Positions 33,463-46,417 of a stretch of 64,000 nt of DNA are shown here, piece after piece. The notes beneath the pieces are model-generated. The model ran no database searches. It was not told the origin of the DNA and saw only the letters and a list, made by a program, of their open reading frames with translations. Every line of letters starts with the position of its first letter. The first letter of the stretch is position 1. The position numbers and the translations under genes are program-made. Origin of the DNA: Trypanosoma brucei (lineage: Eukaryota); the NCBI GenBank assembly GCA_000002445.1, contig CP000069.1, forward strand, positions 992,001 to 1,056,000, given 5' to 3'.

Positions 33463-35973
33463 AACAAAAGACAGTGAGGATGCTCTCAAAAAAAAAAAAG
33501 GGAAAGAAAGGAGAAAAAGAGGGAGGAGAAGTCATGCAACAAAAACAACAATAATAATAATAATGAAACAGATAATTTCGAAAAAAAAAATTAAAAACGA
33601 TAAGGAAATGAAAAAAAATTTAGGTACAAAAGACAATGAAAAAAATGTAAAATAACGACTTTTACAACACCAAGAAGTTGTTTCAGAATAATATTGCAGT
33701 GACCATATTAATAAATGCAAACACACGCTTGCATGAAGACGTTGTAGCCCCCTTTTCCTCTCTGTTCTATTCCCTTATCATCTCCTTTTAAATCCGTTCA
33801 TCCATTCATTCATTCATTCACCTGTTTAAACATTTAAGCATTTACTTGATACGTCTTTTTCTTTCCTTTTCTTTACAATAACACGAGACTTTCAGGAGTT
33901 ATCGGTGAATTAATTTCCCAGTTTGTGCGAAATGAAATTCACTAACAGAAGAATTTTTAAAAATTGGAAGCATTTCTTCATTGCCATTTAAGCAATAAAT
34001 GGAGAAGCAAAAAAAAAAAAAGAATGAATAATACATTTTAAGAAAAAAAAGGAAAAAAGACTCTGAAGGTAAATAATAGGAGAAAAACGATTTGATGGGG
34101 GTTTCTGTACAACCTCATATCGTTTTAACCATATTTTAATTGCTTTCTCGGTCTTTCGAGTGTAATATTGTTGTAATATTTATCATTTTTGTTTTTTGTA
34201 TAACATATAAGTCACCTTTGTGTATTATTATTATTATTATTACACCTTTGCTTTTACTCCCTTTTACCTCTCTGTTTCCATTTGAATAACCCCTACCTTT
34301 TCTCCCCCTCCTCATAACACATGACGGAAATACATAAAACCTGCGCAAAAACGAGGTAAATTATAATACAAATACACAAGAAAAAGATTTATTTATTATC
34401 TTTTTAAATAATCCTTTTTTTTTATTTGACTCTACAACAGAATAAAATGAAATTGAAACAGCAAACAAGGATGTATCGACAAAAAAAAAAACAGAGTATT
34501 TGAAACGAAGACACCCAGTTTGTCGTTGTTTCCTGTATTTCATTTTCAAAAAAAAATTATTTATTTCGTCTCTTTCTTTTTGGTTAAACTCTTTTTCATT
34601 GCCTTTCCCTCACCACAAAGGTATCATAATTGCTACAATAACAGAAATAACAGCAACAGTAAGACTAATAATAGTAAAAACAATAATAATTGCATTCATT
34701 TTGAGCAGTGCTTTATTTTTTTAAAAAAAAACTTATTGTTTTTTAATTTCAATGCATTTCACCTCTATTTCTTCTAATTTCCCCCACTCCCCTTTTAATT
34801 CCTCTTTTTTAAAAATGAATTGGGTGCGTTGTTTCCTTACTAACTTTTGTTCTCGACTTTTATTTTTTTTCCCCCCTTCCATTTGCTCATTAATTAATTA
34901 ATTCTCACATTTGATTGACTGATTTATTTATTTATTCACATTAAAATAAAAAAAATCGATTTGTTCCTTGTGCGTTTTCTTTACTTCACTTCGCTTAACT
35001 TCACCGCTCGAAATGGTGCAATGCAAACCCGCGGGAAGAAAAGAAAAAAGAGAAAAAAGTTACCGTAATTATTTCCTCTTCTTTTCTTTTAGATTTGTTA
35101 CTATTTTTTGTTTTTTTTCCGATCCTTCCCTATTTTTTTTTTAAAAAAGGACAAAACAATAAAAGGCAACCCCAAATACTCCTTGGTAAAAAACGGAAAT
35201 AAAATAGGAAAAGACACATTTCCACATTTCCCCTTTTAAAACACACATGCGTAAACACCGCAGCATGTGGAACAAAATATTTTAAAGCTGCTTTGCAAAA
35301 AAAAAAATTTTATCCCTCAACACAAACATTTACACATATATTCGTAAATTTATATGCTCAAGTTTTTGTTTACTTTCCGTGGGATTTTACTCATTTCGTT
35401 ACTTTGTTCAGTTGTTTCTTCTGTTTAAATTATTATTTAAATATATCCTCTTAGGTTGATTTCCCTCATAATTTTCACACACATCACCAAGTACCGGGAG
35501 GGATAAAAATTAAAGGGAAATTTTTTTTAAAAAATAAGTAAATACAAAACTAGCATTAATAATAACAATAATAAAGAAGATATCACATGAGAGGAGGAAA
35601 AAAGAGTCAACAACAGGGAGGCTGAAACCCTCACCCCACCCCCCTCACACACACACATACACACATATATATATATATATATGTACGTATATATTGACAC
35701 ATATAAAACTATAAATAATCACATAACTTAGCCACGCCCCACAATTCTTATTATTGACTGTTTTTTTTTCTTTTCTTTTCCCCCCTCTTCCTCTTCTCCT
35801 TCTATTCTCTTTTTAACACACGCACACCACAACACCGCAACCATACGCCGCCGCCGCCACCGCCTTCCCCTTCGTTTCAATAGCCTCTGGTGGAAATGAC
35901 CATTATCACACAACTGCTGCTGTTATTGTTGTTATTAATACTATTTGTATTAATACTATTATTAATGTTACCA

Positions 35974-37017
35974 TTACCAGGGTCCATATACAAGTGTTCG
36001 CTGTGGGGGAAGTGGCACGAGTGTTGTATCCACCGCAGGCACTAAAAGAGCAGTAGGTGGCGCATTGAATTTAGTCGGGTGCAAGTTAACAGCATTGGGA
36101 GTGAGAAAAACCTGTTGTCCATTGCCCAGCACAAGTACACCATTGGCAGCTGGACAATCTGCAGTTTGTAACGGCACAGTTGCAGCAGCCCCGTCATAAC
36201 TCATATCAACTGGCAACAGTGGCGGCATTGCTGTCACTGGTGAGGTTGAAAAATATAACGGTTGCGCCCGAGGTTCTACCTCCACCATCGGTGCCACCAT
36301 TTTCGTTTTCGTCACATGATGTGCAGCGGGGGAACATGATGGTGAAGTTTCCGTAGCGGATTGCGACACCTGAGTTTGATTTAAACTCACAACACCGGGC
36401 CGTGGAGGCGGGAACAGGCAAGCGCCCTTCAGCGCAGGTCCGGGTGCCAGTCGTCCCTCTTCACGCCGCCGTCGTCGCTCACGTTTCGCCTCGTCGGTAT
36501 CGGCATATTTAACCATGATGGGAGGGCCTCCGAAGTGGTTGGAGTTGCCGTGTAATTTATCCAGCACCCGTTGGGCGTTCTGAGGGGTGTCAAACTCAGC
36601 GTAAACAACCCAAACGGGATTGCCGTGATGATCTCCACGCATTGCGCAATACTCAAGAGGGGCGAGGTTTGAAAGGAAATTTTGCACCTCCCGTTCCCCC
36701 ATGGTGGTGGGGATATTTCGGATATAAACTGCCCGTGATGGTAACGTGACTGCTTTGCCGTTGTGTTGTGAAGGATAAATGAGGAGGTTGAAGCTGCTAT
36801 TGCAGACACGCACGAGTTTGCGGTTGAGACGTTCATAAGCCGTCCTCCCTTCCTCCTCCTTATCAAAAAGTACAAAACCAAATCCTTTGCTGTTGCCAGT
36901 GGAGGGGTCTAACATTATCTTAGCACCAAGTGGGTTGAAATTACTAAAAATTTGAAGCAAGTCACCGTCACAAAGGTGACGTGGTAACTTTGCTACGAAC
37001 AAATTACTGTACCACAT
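35974..37017 (-). CDS. RNA-binding protein with two RRM domains (347 aa) and a Pro/Thr/Val-rich C-terminus. It is a DRBD-type protein.
   Basis: ATG confirmed. RRM1 has RNP2 LFVAKL and RNP1 KGFGFVLF. RRM2 has RNP2 VYIRNI and a degenerate RNP1 NPVWVVYAEF. Confidence 0.75.
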   Translation of the reverse strand: MWYSNLFVAKLPRHLCDGDLLQIFSNFNPLGAKIMLDPSTGNSKGFGFVLFDKEEEGRTAYERLNRKLVRVCNSSFNLLIYPSQHNGKAVTLPSRAVYIRNIPTTMGEREVQNFLSNLAPLEYCAMRGDHHGNPVWVVYAEFDTPQNAQRVLDKLHGNSNHFGGPPIMVKYADTDEAKRERRRRREEGRLAPGPALKGACLFPPPRPGVVSLNQTQVSQSATETSPSCSPAAHHVTKTKMVAPMVEVEPRAQPLYFSTSPVTAMPPLLPVDMSYDGAAATVPLQTADCPAANGVLVLGNGQQVFLTPNAVNLHPTKFNAPPTALLVPAVDTTLVPLPPQRTLVYGPW

Positions 37018-40000
37018 TAACGCTTCTGGTGCTAAAGTGTTGTTGTTGAAGTGGAGTTTTTTTTTATGTTTTGTGTTTCCTGCTTGTGCTTGTGCTTGTT
37101 CTTGATGGGATAACGATGTCTGTCCTTCCTTATGTTTTCTTTTTTCCTTTAACTCTTACCCTTTTCCGATTTGTTTAATATTATTATTTTTTTTCCTTTT
37201 TCACGTAAACGTCTTTTTTTTTTCAATTGCTTTCTTCTTCTAATCTTTATACCAACCCCTTCTCCCCTTGCGCGAATGGGGTGGATCTATTATTTTATTC
37301 GTCCCTTTTCAAAAAAAAAAAAACAACAACAACAACTGGGCACCCCGTTTTTTACCGCTTTTGATTGCTTCTCCCCCCTTTTTGCTTTTCGTTGTTTTTA
37401 TTCCGTATATATTTAAATATTTATGTATTTAAATATTTAGAGGTGTATAAATTGTCTTTGCTATTGCTCCTTTTCTTTTTCCTTCCTTCGTCTCTTTCTT
37501 GTTTGCGTATCTCTGTTAGTTGTTCTTTTTTTTTTTCTTGAGGAAAGGGATGTGTTGGGTCCCGTTTCTATCAATCAAGAAAGTGATTGATCGATGCAGA
37601 AACGACACGAACCGTCTAACCTCTTATTTTTCTTTTTTTCCCTTCTTCTTCTTCCTTTATTCCTCTTTATTTTTTTTGTTACTTTTGTTCTTTTTGCTTT
37701 TAAACTTGTGAAGAGTTTTCTATTATTATTATTATGATTTTACTTTCCCCTTCTTTTTTTCTGGTTTCCAACCTAAAGGCAATAAAATTGTGATTTTCGT
37801 TTGGTAGGTTGTGCGGAGTATCTCAACAGGTCCTGTTGGCGCTCAATGACGATCCCACCACCACGTGATTCACCTAAAAAAAAAAAATTAATTTAAAAAA
37901 TTTGCCTTTGCTTATTTATTTATTCCTTTTGGGTTGCCTACGCTTTTTTTTCCTTTTTCCTCTTTCCTTTATTGGCTCCAATAATCTCCTTTTTTTTTTG
38001 TCTTCCTTCCCTTATACAAGACGGGAAAAAACTGTGATTTGCCCGTTTTTCCTTCTTTAATCCTTTTTTCTTTTTTTAAAAAAAACAAAAAAACAAATAT
38101 ATATTTATATATGATTGATCTTATTTTTTTTTCCCCCTTCCCCCTAATTTTTTTTTTTGCTTCGTCTCCCTTTTACAAGCCTTCTCCCTTCAATCTGGTC
38201 AAAGCTGTCTTTTTCGATATGTTTTTATTTTTTTTATTTTTTAGTTTTGTTTTGAAGGAGAGTACAAATAAATAAATAAATAACAAAGACATTTAAATTA
38301 ATGAAGTTAAGTACAAGCAGAAAGGAAGAGAAGAGAATGGAATAAAATAAAAATATGTATTGATTGCACAATAGGTGAAATTCACATATATAAATGTAGA
38401 AATAAATGAATGCATGTTTTTATGGGGGAAATATATATATATATATATAACAAAATATGATATAAAATAAAATAAATAATATTAAAATATTAAGTTGTTT
38501 TCAATTTCAAATACAATTACTTAATAAATCTCTACAATTCACAGATTTTAATTAATCGCCACATCGCATAACGCCACAACATACAGAAATGCACACATGT
38601 ATGTGTTCAAAACATATGAAATATATGCTTCTAAGAAAAAATTTAAAAAATGTATATATATATATATATATATAACTATATGATTTCAACTAAACTATAC
38701 TTGTGCTATTTAAAGTGAGGGAGTGGGGGGAAAAAAGAAATGTATACAGACGAGTATATATTTATATATATACATATATAAATGAAGTATTATTCTTCAG
38801 GATAGTGGCAAAATATAAACAGACGCCAAAGAGAAAGATTTGGGTGCAGCATTAAGCAGTGAGGCAAGTGAAAAAAAATTTAAAAAAAACATTACTCATT
38901 TTTTTTTAGTTTGTTTTTTTTTTCTTCGATGATGTGTCTTTTGACGAGAGGGAATAGTGAACATAATATAAAAATAGACTTCAGTAACACAAAAAAAAAG
39001 TGAAGAAGAAAGAAAAAGAAAGGGGAAGATACGTGGGATGAAACGAAAACAAAAAAAATCTGAAAATAGGAAAAATCAAATGAAAAAAAAAACACCAAAA
39101 AAAAAAGGAAAAGATAAAAATTAAAAAAAAATCGGCACAACATTAAAAACACACAAACAAAACGGAAATTTGAAAAAAAAAGAAAGAAATAGAGAAAAGA
39201 AGATTGATGAAAAGAAAATTAAACAAAATTGGTCAAACACACACAAACAAACACACGCATACATAAATACATAAATACATACAACAAAAAAAAAAGGGCA
39301 TCGGGTAACGGGGTACTAATTATTATTATTATTATTTATCATTATTTTTTCCTTCCCTTTTGAAGCATCATTTCATTTCATTTCATTTTGTTTTTTTTTT
39401 CGTTTTGATCCTTTTGTTTCATATCCAGTGCCCAAAATTTTTGTTGCCTTCTAATCATTTCTCGAAACCCACAAATCCTTTTTTCTTTTTTTTCTTTTTT
39501 TTTTTTAAAAAAAAGAAGAAGAGTTAAATATAAAATAATAATAGTAATAGTAATAATAATAAAGAGTCCTCTCTTCCCACATTTTCGTTCTTTTTAAATT
39601 TAATTTAATATTATTTTTTCTCTCTTCAGTGGTGCGCATAAAAAAAAAAAAAAGAACACATGAAAAAGTAACTTCTCCATAATTGGGTTGAATTTCAGGA
39701 GATTTCGGAACGAAGAGGTATCACACAAAAATGAAAAATAAAAAGTAAAAAAAGTAAAAAAAAACAAAACAAAAAAGAGAGAAAGAGAAGTGTGAAAGAA
39801 AAGAAGCAAAAAGGTAAAAAAAACGGGTTTGAGAGTAATGAAGTGAAGTGGATATGAAGTGATTACGTCTGAACACGTAAAAGGTCACAAAAAAAAGGAA
39901 AATATTTTTTAAAAATAAAAATGATGGAGAATTTGAGGGGAGTGGCAAAAAAAAAACAAACAAAAACACACACACTTCCTTCCAACTTTCTCCCTACCCG

Positions 40001-40346
40001 TATAAATAAATATCTCATATTTGCTTCATTACTTCATTTCACTCATTTTATTTTACTTTTTTTTTTGTAACTCTCGTCTTTTCGTCACTTGTGTATCATT
40101 ACTCCGATAACATTTCATTTCCCTTCCCCTTTTTTTTCTCTTTCTCTCTATCTCTATCTCTTTTTCTTTTTTTAATTTGTTCCTTTTTATGGGTTCTCTT
40201 TCAGGCGATGGCACAAAAATAGTAATGATACCGATGGAAGTGTAAACAATAACAAAAAGAAAAAAAAAGAAAAAGAAAAAAAACCGAAAAAAGATGACGG
40301 TACCATCGGCGCCATTTTTCTTTTTTTTTTTTAAAGGAAGCAGCAG

Positions 40347-40372
40347 TAATAATAATAATAATAATAATAATT
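40347..40372 (+). repeat. (TAA)n microsatellite, about 8 units.
   Basis: Read directly from the sequence. Confidence 0.9.
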
Positions 40373-43300
40373 GTAGTAGTAGTAATTGTTGTTGTAGTAG
40401 TGGTGTTGCTTTCTTTTTTTTTCTTCTTTTGTGTAACATCAACATCAGAAAAAAAAAAGTTCTTTTACAAAAAATTATTTTTTTTTAAAAAGAAAAAAAA
40501 AGTAACACACAAACACAAACACAAACACACAAACATTTTAAGGAACGAAAAGTCGTAAAAATATTATCCAGTAATGCAAAATGAAGTGACACTTGCAAAC
40601 TTCCTCCTGTTCCTTTTCCTGCTCATGTCCTTTTGTTTTCCCCCATCCCTCAGCCCTTTCCTTTTTTTTAAAAAAAATTACAACACACACAAACACACAA
40701 ACACATAAATATATATATATATATATAAAGAAGTCCCCACTTTTTTTTTAAAAAACTCTTTGTAAAGATCAAAAGAAAAAAAAAGAAAAAATTACTATTT
40801 TTATTCTTATTGTTGCTATTTCTTTTTTTGGTTTGTTTGTTTGCTTCCTGTGCCTGATTGTAATTTTTTTAAAAATTTTTTCCCTACGTCACCATTATAT
40901 TCCCAACATTTGTCACATCTCCTTTTTCGTACCTCTTCATGTTCGAATTGGCGAAATCAATGCGAGAATATAAATAAATAAATATATTTATCTATTTTTT
41001 TTTTCCTTCTTCAACTGTTTCAATAATAAATTTTTTGTATTTATTTCTTTCCTTTTTTTTTGTTACTTTTGCTTCCCCCTTCTTTTTTTTCTTTCCTCCA
41101 TTATAACTTGCAGTGCCTCCATTTCCTTTTCCTTTTTATTTTTTTTCATTCCCATTTCTTTACCTTTCATCATCATCATTTCTTTTTTCTTCTTTTCTTC
41201 TTCTCACGTTCCGCTGTCATTTTATTTCTTTTTATTTTTATCATTTTCGAGTAAACCTCCGCCCCCCTCATCTCAACCACAGTCCCATCATTAATTCTTT
41301 ATTATTTTTTTTCCTTTTCTCTTTTTTTCTCTTCTCTTTTTTTTTCTTTTCTCCTCCCCATACCAAAAAGAAAAAAAAACAAAACAAAACAAAACAAAAA
41401 TAAATAAATAAATAATTTTTTTTTTAAAAAGAAGATCTCGACGCGATTATCCTCGTGGGGAGTCGTATCATATCGAAAAGGAAAGGAAAAAAAAAGAAGA
41501 AATGCGGGAGAGGTGAATAAAAGATAAATATATAAAAAGAAAAGATGAGGAGAACACATACAAAAAAACATAAACATACAAAAAAAATTAAAAGAAATAA
41601 AAAGAAATGGATGAAAAGGTTCAGATATGGAAAAGAGGAAAGGAGACACCAAAGCTCAAACATTAGGGGAAACAAAAAAATTTTTAACAAAAAATAAGAA
41701 GAACAGATACAAAAACTAATGAGGGAAATATTTAAAAAAAAACAACAATCACACAAACGCAAAGCATGAAAACAATAGAGGAGGGGGGAATAATAAAGGT
41801 ATAAAAAGAAACAAAAAAAAACCAAATTTAAAATAAAAACAAAGCAGAAAGAAGAAAAAAAGAAAAAAAAAGAGAAATCAAAAAAAAAAAAAACAGATGC
41901 CTCCTTTGCATTTACTTAAGACCCTTCAGGACAGATGCGTTGAAAAGGGCATCGTATTGCATTTATGTATGTTGTGCGTAGAAATAAATATGGAAATAAA
42001 TGAAGAGAAAAGGAATTAACGAAAAGTCGTAACGCTGTAAATAAGGAGAGAATCCCCCTCCTTATGCATTCTTCGCTTATTGATGTAATGCTTCAATTCG
42101 CTTCATTCGTTGAATCAAAATATATATTTTTTAAAAATTGTTTCTTTCTTTCTTTCTTGCACTGCACTCTCCTTTTCCTTTACTACTTCATATTTTCCCA
42201 TGACATCACATACATGCATAAATGCACACACATGTAAATAAACCAACTTATATTTATATATTCATAACACACGGTACAGTACAGTGTGATGCCCGAAATG
42301 AAAAAAAAAATCAAAACCAAAAACAAACCAAAAAGAAAAAAAACATTGAAAGAAGGAAACAGAATAAATCAACGAGTGTTACGGATTGGAGGCGAGAGAA
42401 GGTAAAAGTACGCGTGATTAATTATAAAACAAAAGTGCAGGTGAGGAAAAATTAGTTATACCGATGATGATGATGATGATGAAGATAGTTACAAAGTGGA
42501 AGCTAAAGGTGACGTGATAATAATAATAATAAACAACTGAGATATATATTTAAATATAAGTTAGAAATAAAAAAGAAAAAGAAATGCAGCGAAGCTCACA
42601 ACGAACAAAAAAAAAAAGAAAAAAAAGCAATGATTCGACCGAAACAATGAGTGAGTGTGAGTAGGAAACAAAAGAAAAAAAAGATATAAAGAAAAAAACA
42701 AAAAGGAACCATGAACAAAAACTGCGCGGATAAATAAACAAAAAAACAAAAACGATATCACAAAAGGGTTTGTATGATCGCGGTACTCTGCGGCAACACC
42801 AGCATCATTTATTTTCTCCTTTACGGTACGCGCGCCAGCAAATGGCTTGTCAGACTTTTTTGTTGCGCATATATTTTTTTTAAAAAAAGGAAAATTGAAA
42901 AAACAAACCTAAAATTAAAACTTTAATATGAGAACAACAACAAAAAAAAACGAAGATGATATCAAAACAAAAATAGGACCCTCATTGCCCATTGAAAAGT
43001 AAACTAAAATATTTAAAACATAAAAAACAACAGCTTAAGGTCTGATACTGACAGAAGAAGAAGAACAAAAAAAAAAAGAGAAATAAGAGCAATCTGAAAA
43101 CTTGAAGTCGAGCCTTCGCACCCTTAATAGTAATAATAATGATATTAATAATGAAACTGTGCGGTAACTTTCCCTCACCTCTCTTCCCCATATTTATGTT
43201 TTCTTTTTTTTCCTTTTAATTAGTCATCAGATCCTTTGGTTTTATTATTATTATTATTATTTATATTCCTTCTTTTATTTCTCTTCATTTCATTTTTCTC

Positions 43301-43580
43301 ATTTATTCTTCTGGTTACCTATCTGTTGATCTATTGATTGATTCATTTTGCATCGCTTTCCTTTTCCTTCTCTCCTTTTCTTTTGTGCTTTTGCATATTT
43401 TTTTATCTCTTATTCTCCTTTGCATTTTTTTTTTTGGTAAAGTGTGGAAAGGGAACTAAGAGGAATTCCTTTTTTAAAAAATAAAAATCCCCTTTCCCAC
43501 CTAAACCTCATATCTCAATTACGTTTCTCCTTCCTTCCTTTCTTATTTCCTTTTTTGTGTCTTTTTTTTTCCATTAATTT

Positions 43581-43599
43581 CCCCCCCCCCCCGCCCCCC
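43581..43599 (+). repeat. C12-G-C6 tract.
   Basis: Read directly from the sequence. Confidence 0.9.
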
Positions 43600-43640
43600 T
43601 CCCATTCAACTTCATTTCGTTCCGTCCATTTTAGATGTTG

Positions 43641-43661
43641 TATATATATATATATATATAT
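43641..43661 (+). repeat. (TA)10 microsatellite. Similar (AT)n runs occur near 18035, 28794-28817, 35666-35690, 38437, 38652, 40712, 60024 and 63075-63098.
   Basis: Read directly from the sequence. Confidence 0.9.
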
Positions 43662-45003
43662 TCTTCCCTCCCTCTGCTTTCTTTCTCATTTTGCTTTTTC
43701 GTCATAAATATATATTTGTGTAAACGTTGTCCATTAATATGGGCGTTGCTATTAGAAAATGGGAACAAACACAAATACAAAATAAGGAAAAAAAACAAAC
43801 ACGCAACGGAGAGACGGGAGCCAAATAACGAAAATGGAAACAAAAAAAGGTAATAAAATCAGGATTGTGTTTCAGGAGAAAAAGAAAGTAAGGAGCAAAA
43901 TTCGTAAAAGCTGCTACAAGGGAGTGAGAAGCAAAAACAAAAATAAAAAAAGGAAAATGATGAGAGAAAATAAAGATGGAAATAAAAAAAACAAATGAAA
44001 AGGTTATTTGAAAAAAAATTAAAGATGTTACTTTCTTTTACTATTTCCCTCCCTAGTCCTTTCATTCCGTTGAGTTGGCAAGTCGAGAGAACTTTATTCA
44101 TCATTTGCTTTTTTTTTATTTTCTCCTTTTTTTTTTGGAGGGGGGGGTTTCATTTTAAGTTTTTTCTTTGTTCCCAACAACTTTTGATATTAGAGGGGAA
44201 TTCGTGAAGCAAATATGAAGCCAACGAAAGGGAACTCCCCACACGCGCACACGCCCCGGTCAAATCCACTGCTTTTTCTTTTCCTTTTTTTTTTGCTATC
44301 TTCAGTTGATTGTTATTATTATTATTACTATTTTTCCCTTTTTCATTTTTTTTCGTCTTGGTTTGTAGGAAATTCTCCTTTTCACTGCTTACCACTCACA
44401 TTTACTTCATCAATTCCTTTTTTTTTCCTCCTCAACTTTTTTCCTTCCTTTATTTTACGTCCTCCTCCTCCTCCTTTCCCTTCCCTTTTTCCTTCTGTTC
44501 CGCTTAGATTCAAATAGAAAAATAAAAATAAAAATAAACTTAGCGAACAACAAAAACAAAACAAAACAAAACAAAAAAGAGGAAAGTTTCCTCCATTCAT
44601 GCGGTATAACACCACAATCACAATCAGAATCACCACACGTACAGATACAAATACGCGCAAATCCAATTACACAAAAAAAACACAACGCACAATTTCCCTA
44701 CTTTTCTTACTTCTTTTTTTTTTTATTCTTCAATTAAATCATACCTTTTCCTTTTCCTTCCTTATTTTCCCACTTTTTCTTTTTTCCTCACCCACTCAAC
44801 CATTTTTTTTTCTCTTTTTTTAAAAATATTTTCATTCCTTCTTCATTCTTTTCCTCCTTTCATTTCTTTCTTTCTTTTTATTTTTTTTTAAAATTATCTT
44901 TCCTTCCTACTAATTTCCGATGCAGTTTTTTTTTCCTTCTTTTTTTTCTCTTTTTCTTTTTTTTTCTCTTTTTCTATTTTTGTTTTTCCCCTTTCCAAAT
45001 GTC

Positions 45004-45312
45004 TCAATCCTCCAACCTTACGCTGTAAAAACTGTACGGATCATGGCGGAAGCGTGAGGCATAAGCGGGTGGGAGAACCATTTCATTTTGCACAGCAGCG
45101 CTGTATGGAGGTGGTGGCGGAAGGTCGGGTTTCTCACCATGTGAAAAGGCGCAACGGGACCCAAACGAGCAATGCGCACCGAACCGATAATTACGGCACG
45201 GTTGCGTGCGGAATTTGCTGGCGTCAACACCCCTGCGTCCATTACGTGAGCCACTGAAGCTGAGGCTGTTTTCTGATCGCACGTCGGAAAGAGTGGGTGT
45301 TGAAATGTGCAT
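45004..45312 (-). CDS. ZFP1: Small CCCH zinc-finger protein with a PY (PPPPPY) motif. It resembles TbZFP1 (102 aa).
   Basis: ATG confirmed. A single C-x8-C-x5-C-x3-H finger is present (CRNYRFGAHCSFGSRCAFSH), followed by PPPPPY. The size and architecture match the TbZFP1 description from memory. Confidence 0.55.
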   Translation of the reverse strand: MHISTPTLSDVRSENSLSFSGSRNGRRGVDASKFRTQPCRNYRFGAHCSFGSRCAFSHGEKPDLPPPPPYSAAVQNEMVLPPAYASRFRHDPYSFYSVRLED

Positions 45313-46417
45313 TGCCGCTCTCCTTTTTCTTTTCTTCTTCTCTCTCTTTTTTCCTTCCTGTTTTCCTTCCGGGTTATCTCTTCTTGCTTTTTGGTATGTC
45401 CTTCGTACCGTATGCTTTTCTAAAGTTTTCCGTGAAGTATTGTTGTTCTTCCTTCTCTTCGTGAATGCTCCTGCTTAACGGTGTTGTCGCCTCTTTAGCT
45501 GTATTCAAGGAGTGAATAACAGATAGATGGCTGTAATCCCGAGAAAACTTTTTTTTTTATTGGTGTAAGTTTCGCTTAGTGCTAAAAGGAAAAAAAAAAG
45601 GTCGCTTGAGGTCTGCTGTGGGAATGGAAATCTCCTTCTTATTGCAAAAATAAAGAAAAGAGAAAGAGAAAGAGGAAACGTTTATAAAGAATAACTTCTT
45701 CATATGGAAATAATAATAATAATGGGAAAATAACACAAAAGGATGAGTGTTTAAAAACATAAGATGATAAACACAAGCGGGAGTTGTTGCTGCAAAGATT
45801 GAGACAGACCTAGCATCAGTAAGAGGTGAACCATGAGTTGAGTGACATGGAAAACCGACAAACAAATAAAGAAAGAAAAAACATATTATTTGGCGCTTTT
45901 CAGTTACCCATACACCAAAAAAAGCAAAATTTCATTTAGTAGAATGACGGGTATGTGTTTCTTCTTGCTCTTTTTCCTTTTTGGTATTATTAATATTACT
46001 ATAATAATAATAATTACTGTTATTATTATTATTATTTTTTTTTTCTTCACTCATTTTTTTTGCCGACAGATGTTGAAAACAAACAAACAAAAGCAAACAA
46101 AGGGACAAACAGTTCCTAACTTCTACTACCCAATATTTTCCTCCTTTCCCTTTCCTATTGCCTCATCCACATAGGCAAACGCACAGCCACACAAACGCGA
46201 ACACAAATAACCAGAAGTGGGCGAGCAGGCGCGACATCCCGGTAACCACCTTTGACCAACTTCAAAAGTTCTCCTTTTCTTTCCTCATTTTTTTTTGTTT
46301 CTGAATGTTCTTTTCTTCTCTTCTTTTCCTTCCCCTCCCTCGGCGTATGCTCCGGATTTCTATGCTTTTTTTTTGCAAATTCCTCCACTCCGCAATTTAA
46401 CCCTTCTCACCGCATAA

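Larger units (their letters stand above)
30200..46400. repeat. About 16 kb low-complexity, homopolymer-rich and microsatellite-rich tract. It holds only two convincing genes and is presumably made of very long UTRs and intergenic DNA.
   Basis: The tract contains alternating long pyrimidine-rich and A-rich blocks. It also has (AT)n, (AAT)n, (CAAAA)n and (ACACAA)n runs, and C16 and C12 homopolymers. The other ORFs in it are low-complexity artefacts (poly-F/L/K). Confidence 0.7.

Noticed and set aside
40053-41825. Several 100-130 aa ORFs on both strands inside the low-complexity tract. Other examples are 30708-31031, 38892-39152 and 44382-44685.
   Set aside because: Their translations are poly-F/L/K/S homopolymer-like. 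They are artefacts of T-rich or A-rich DNA and not genes.
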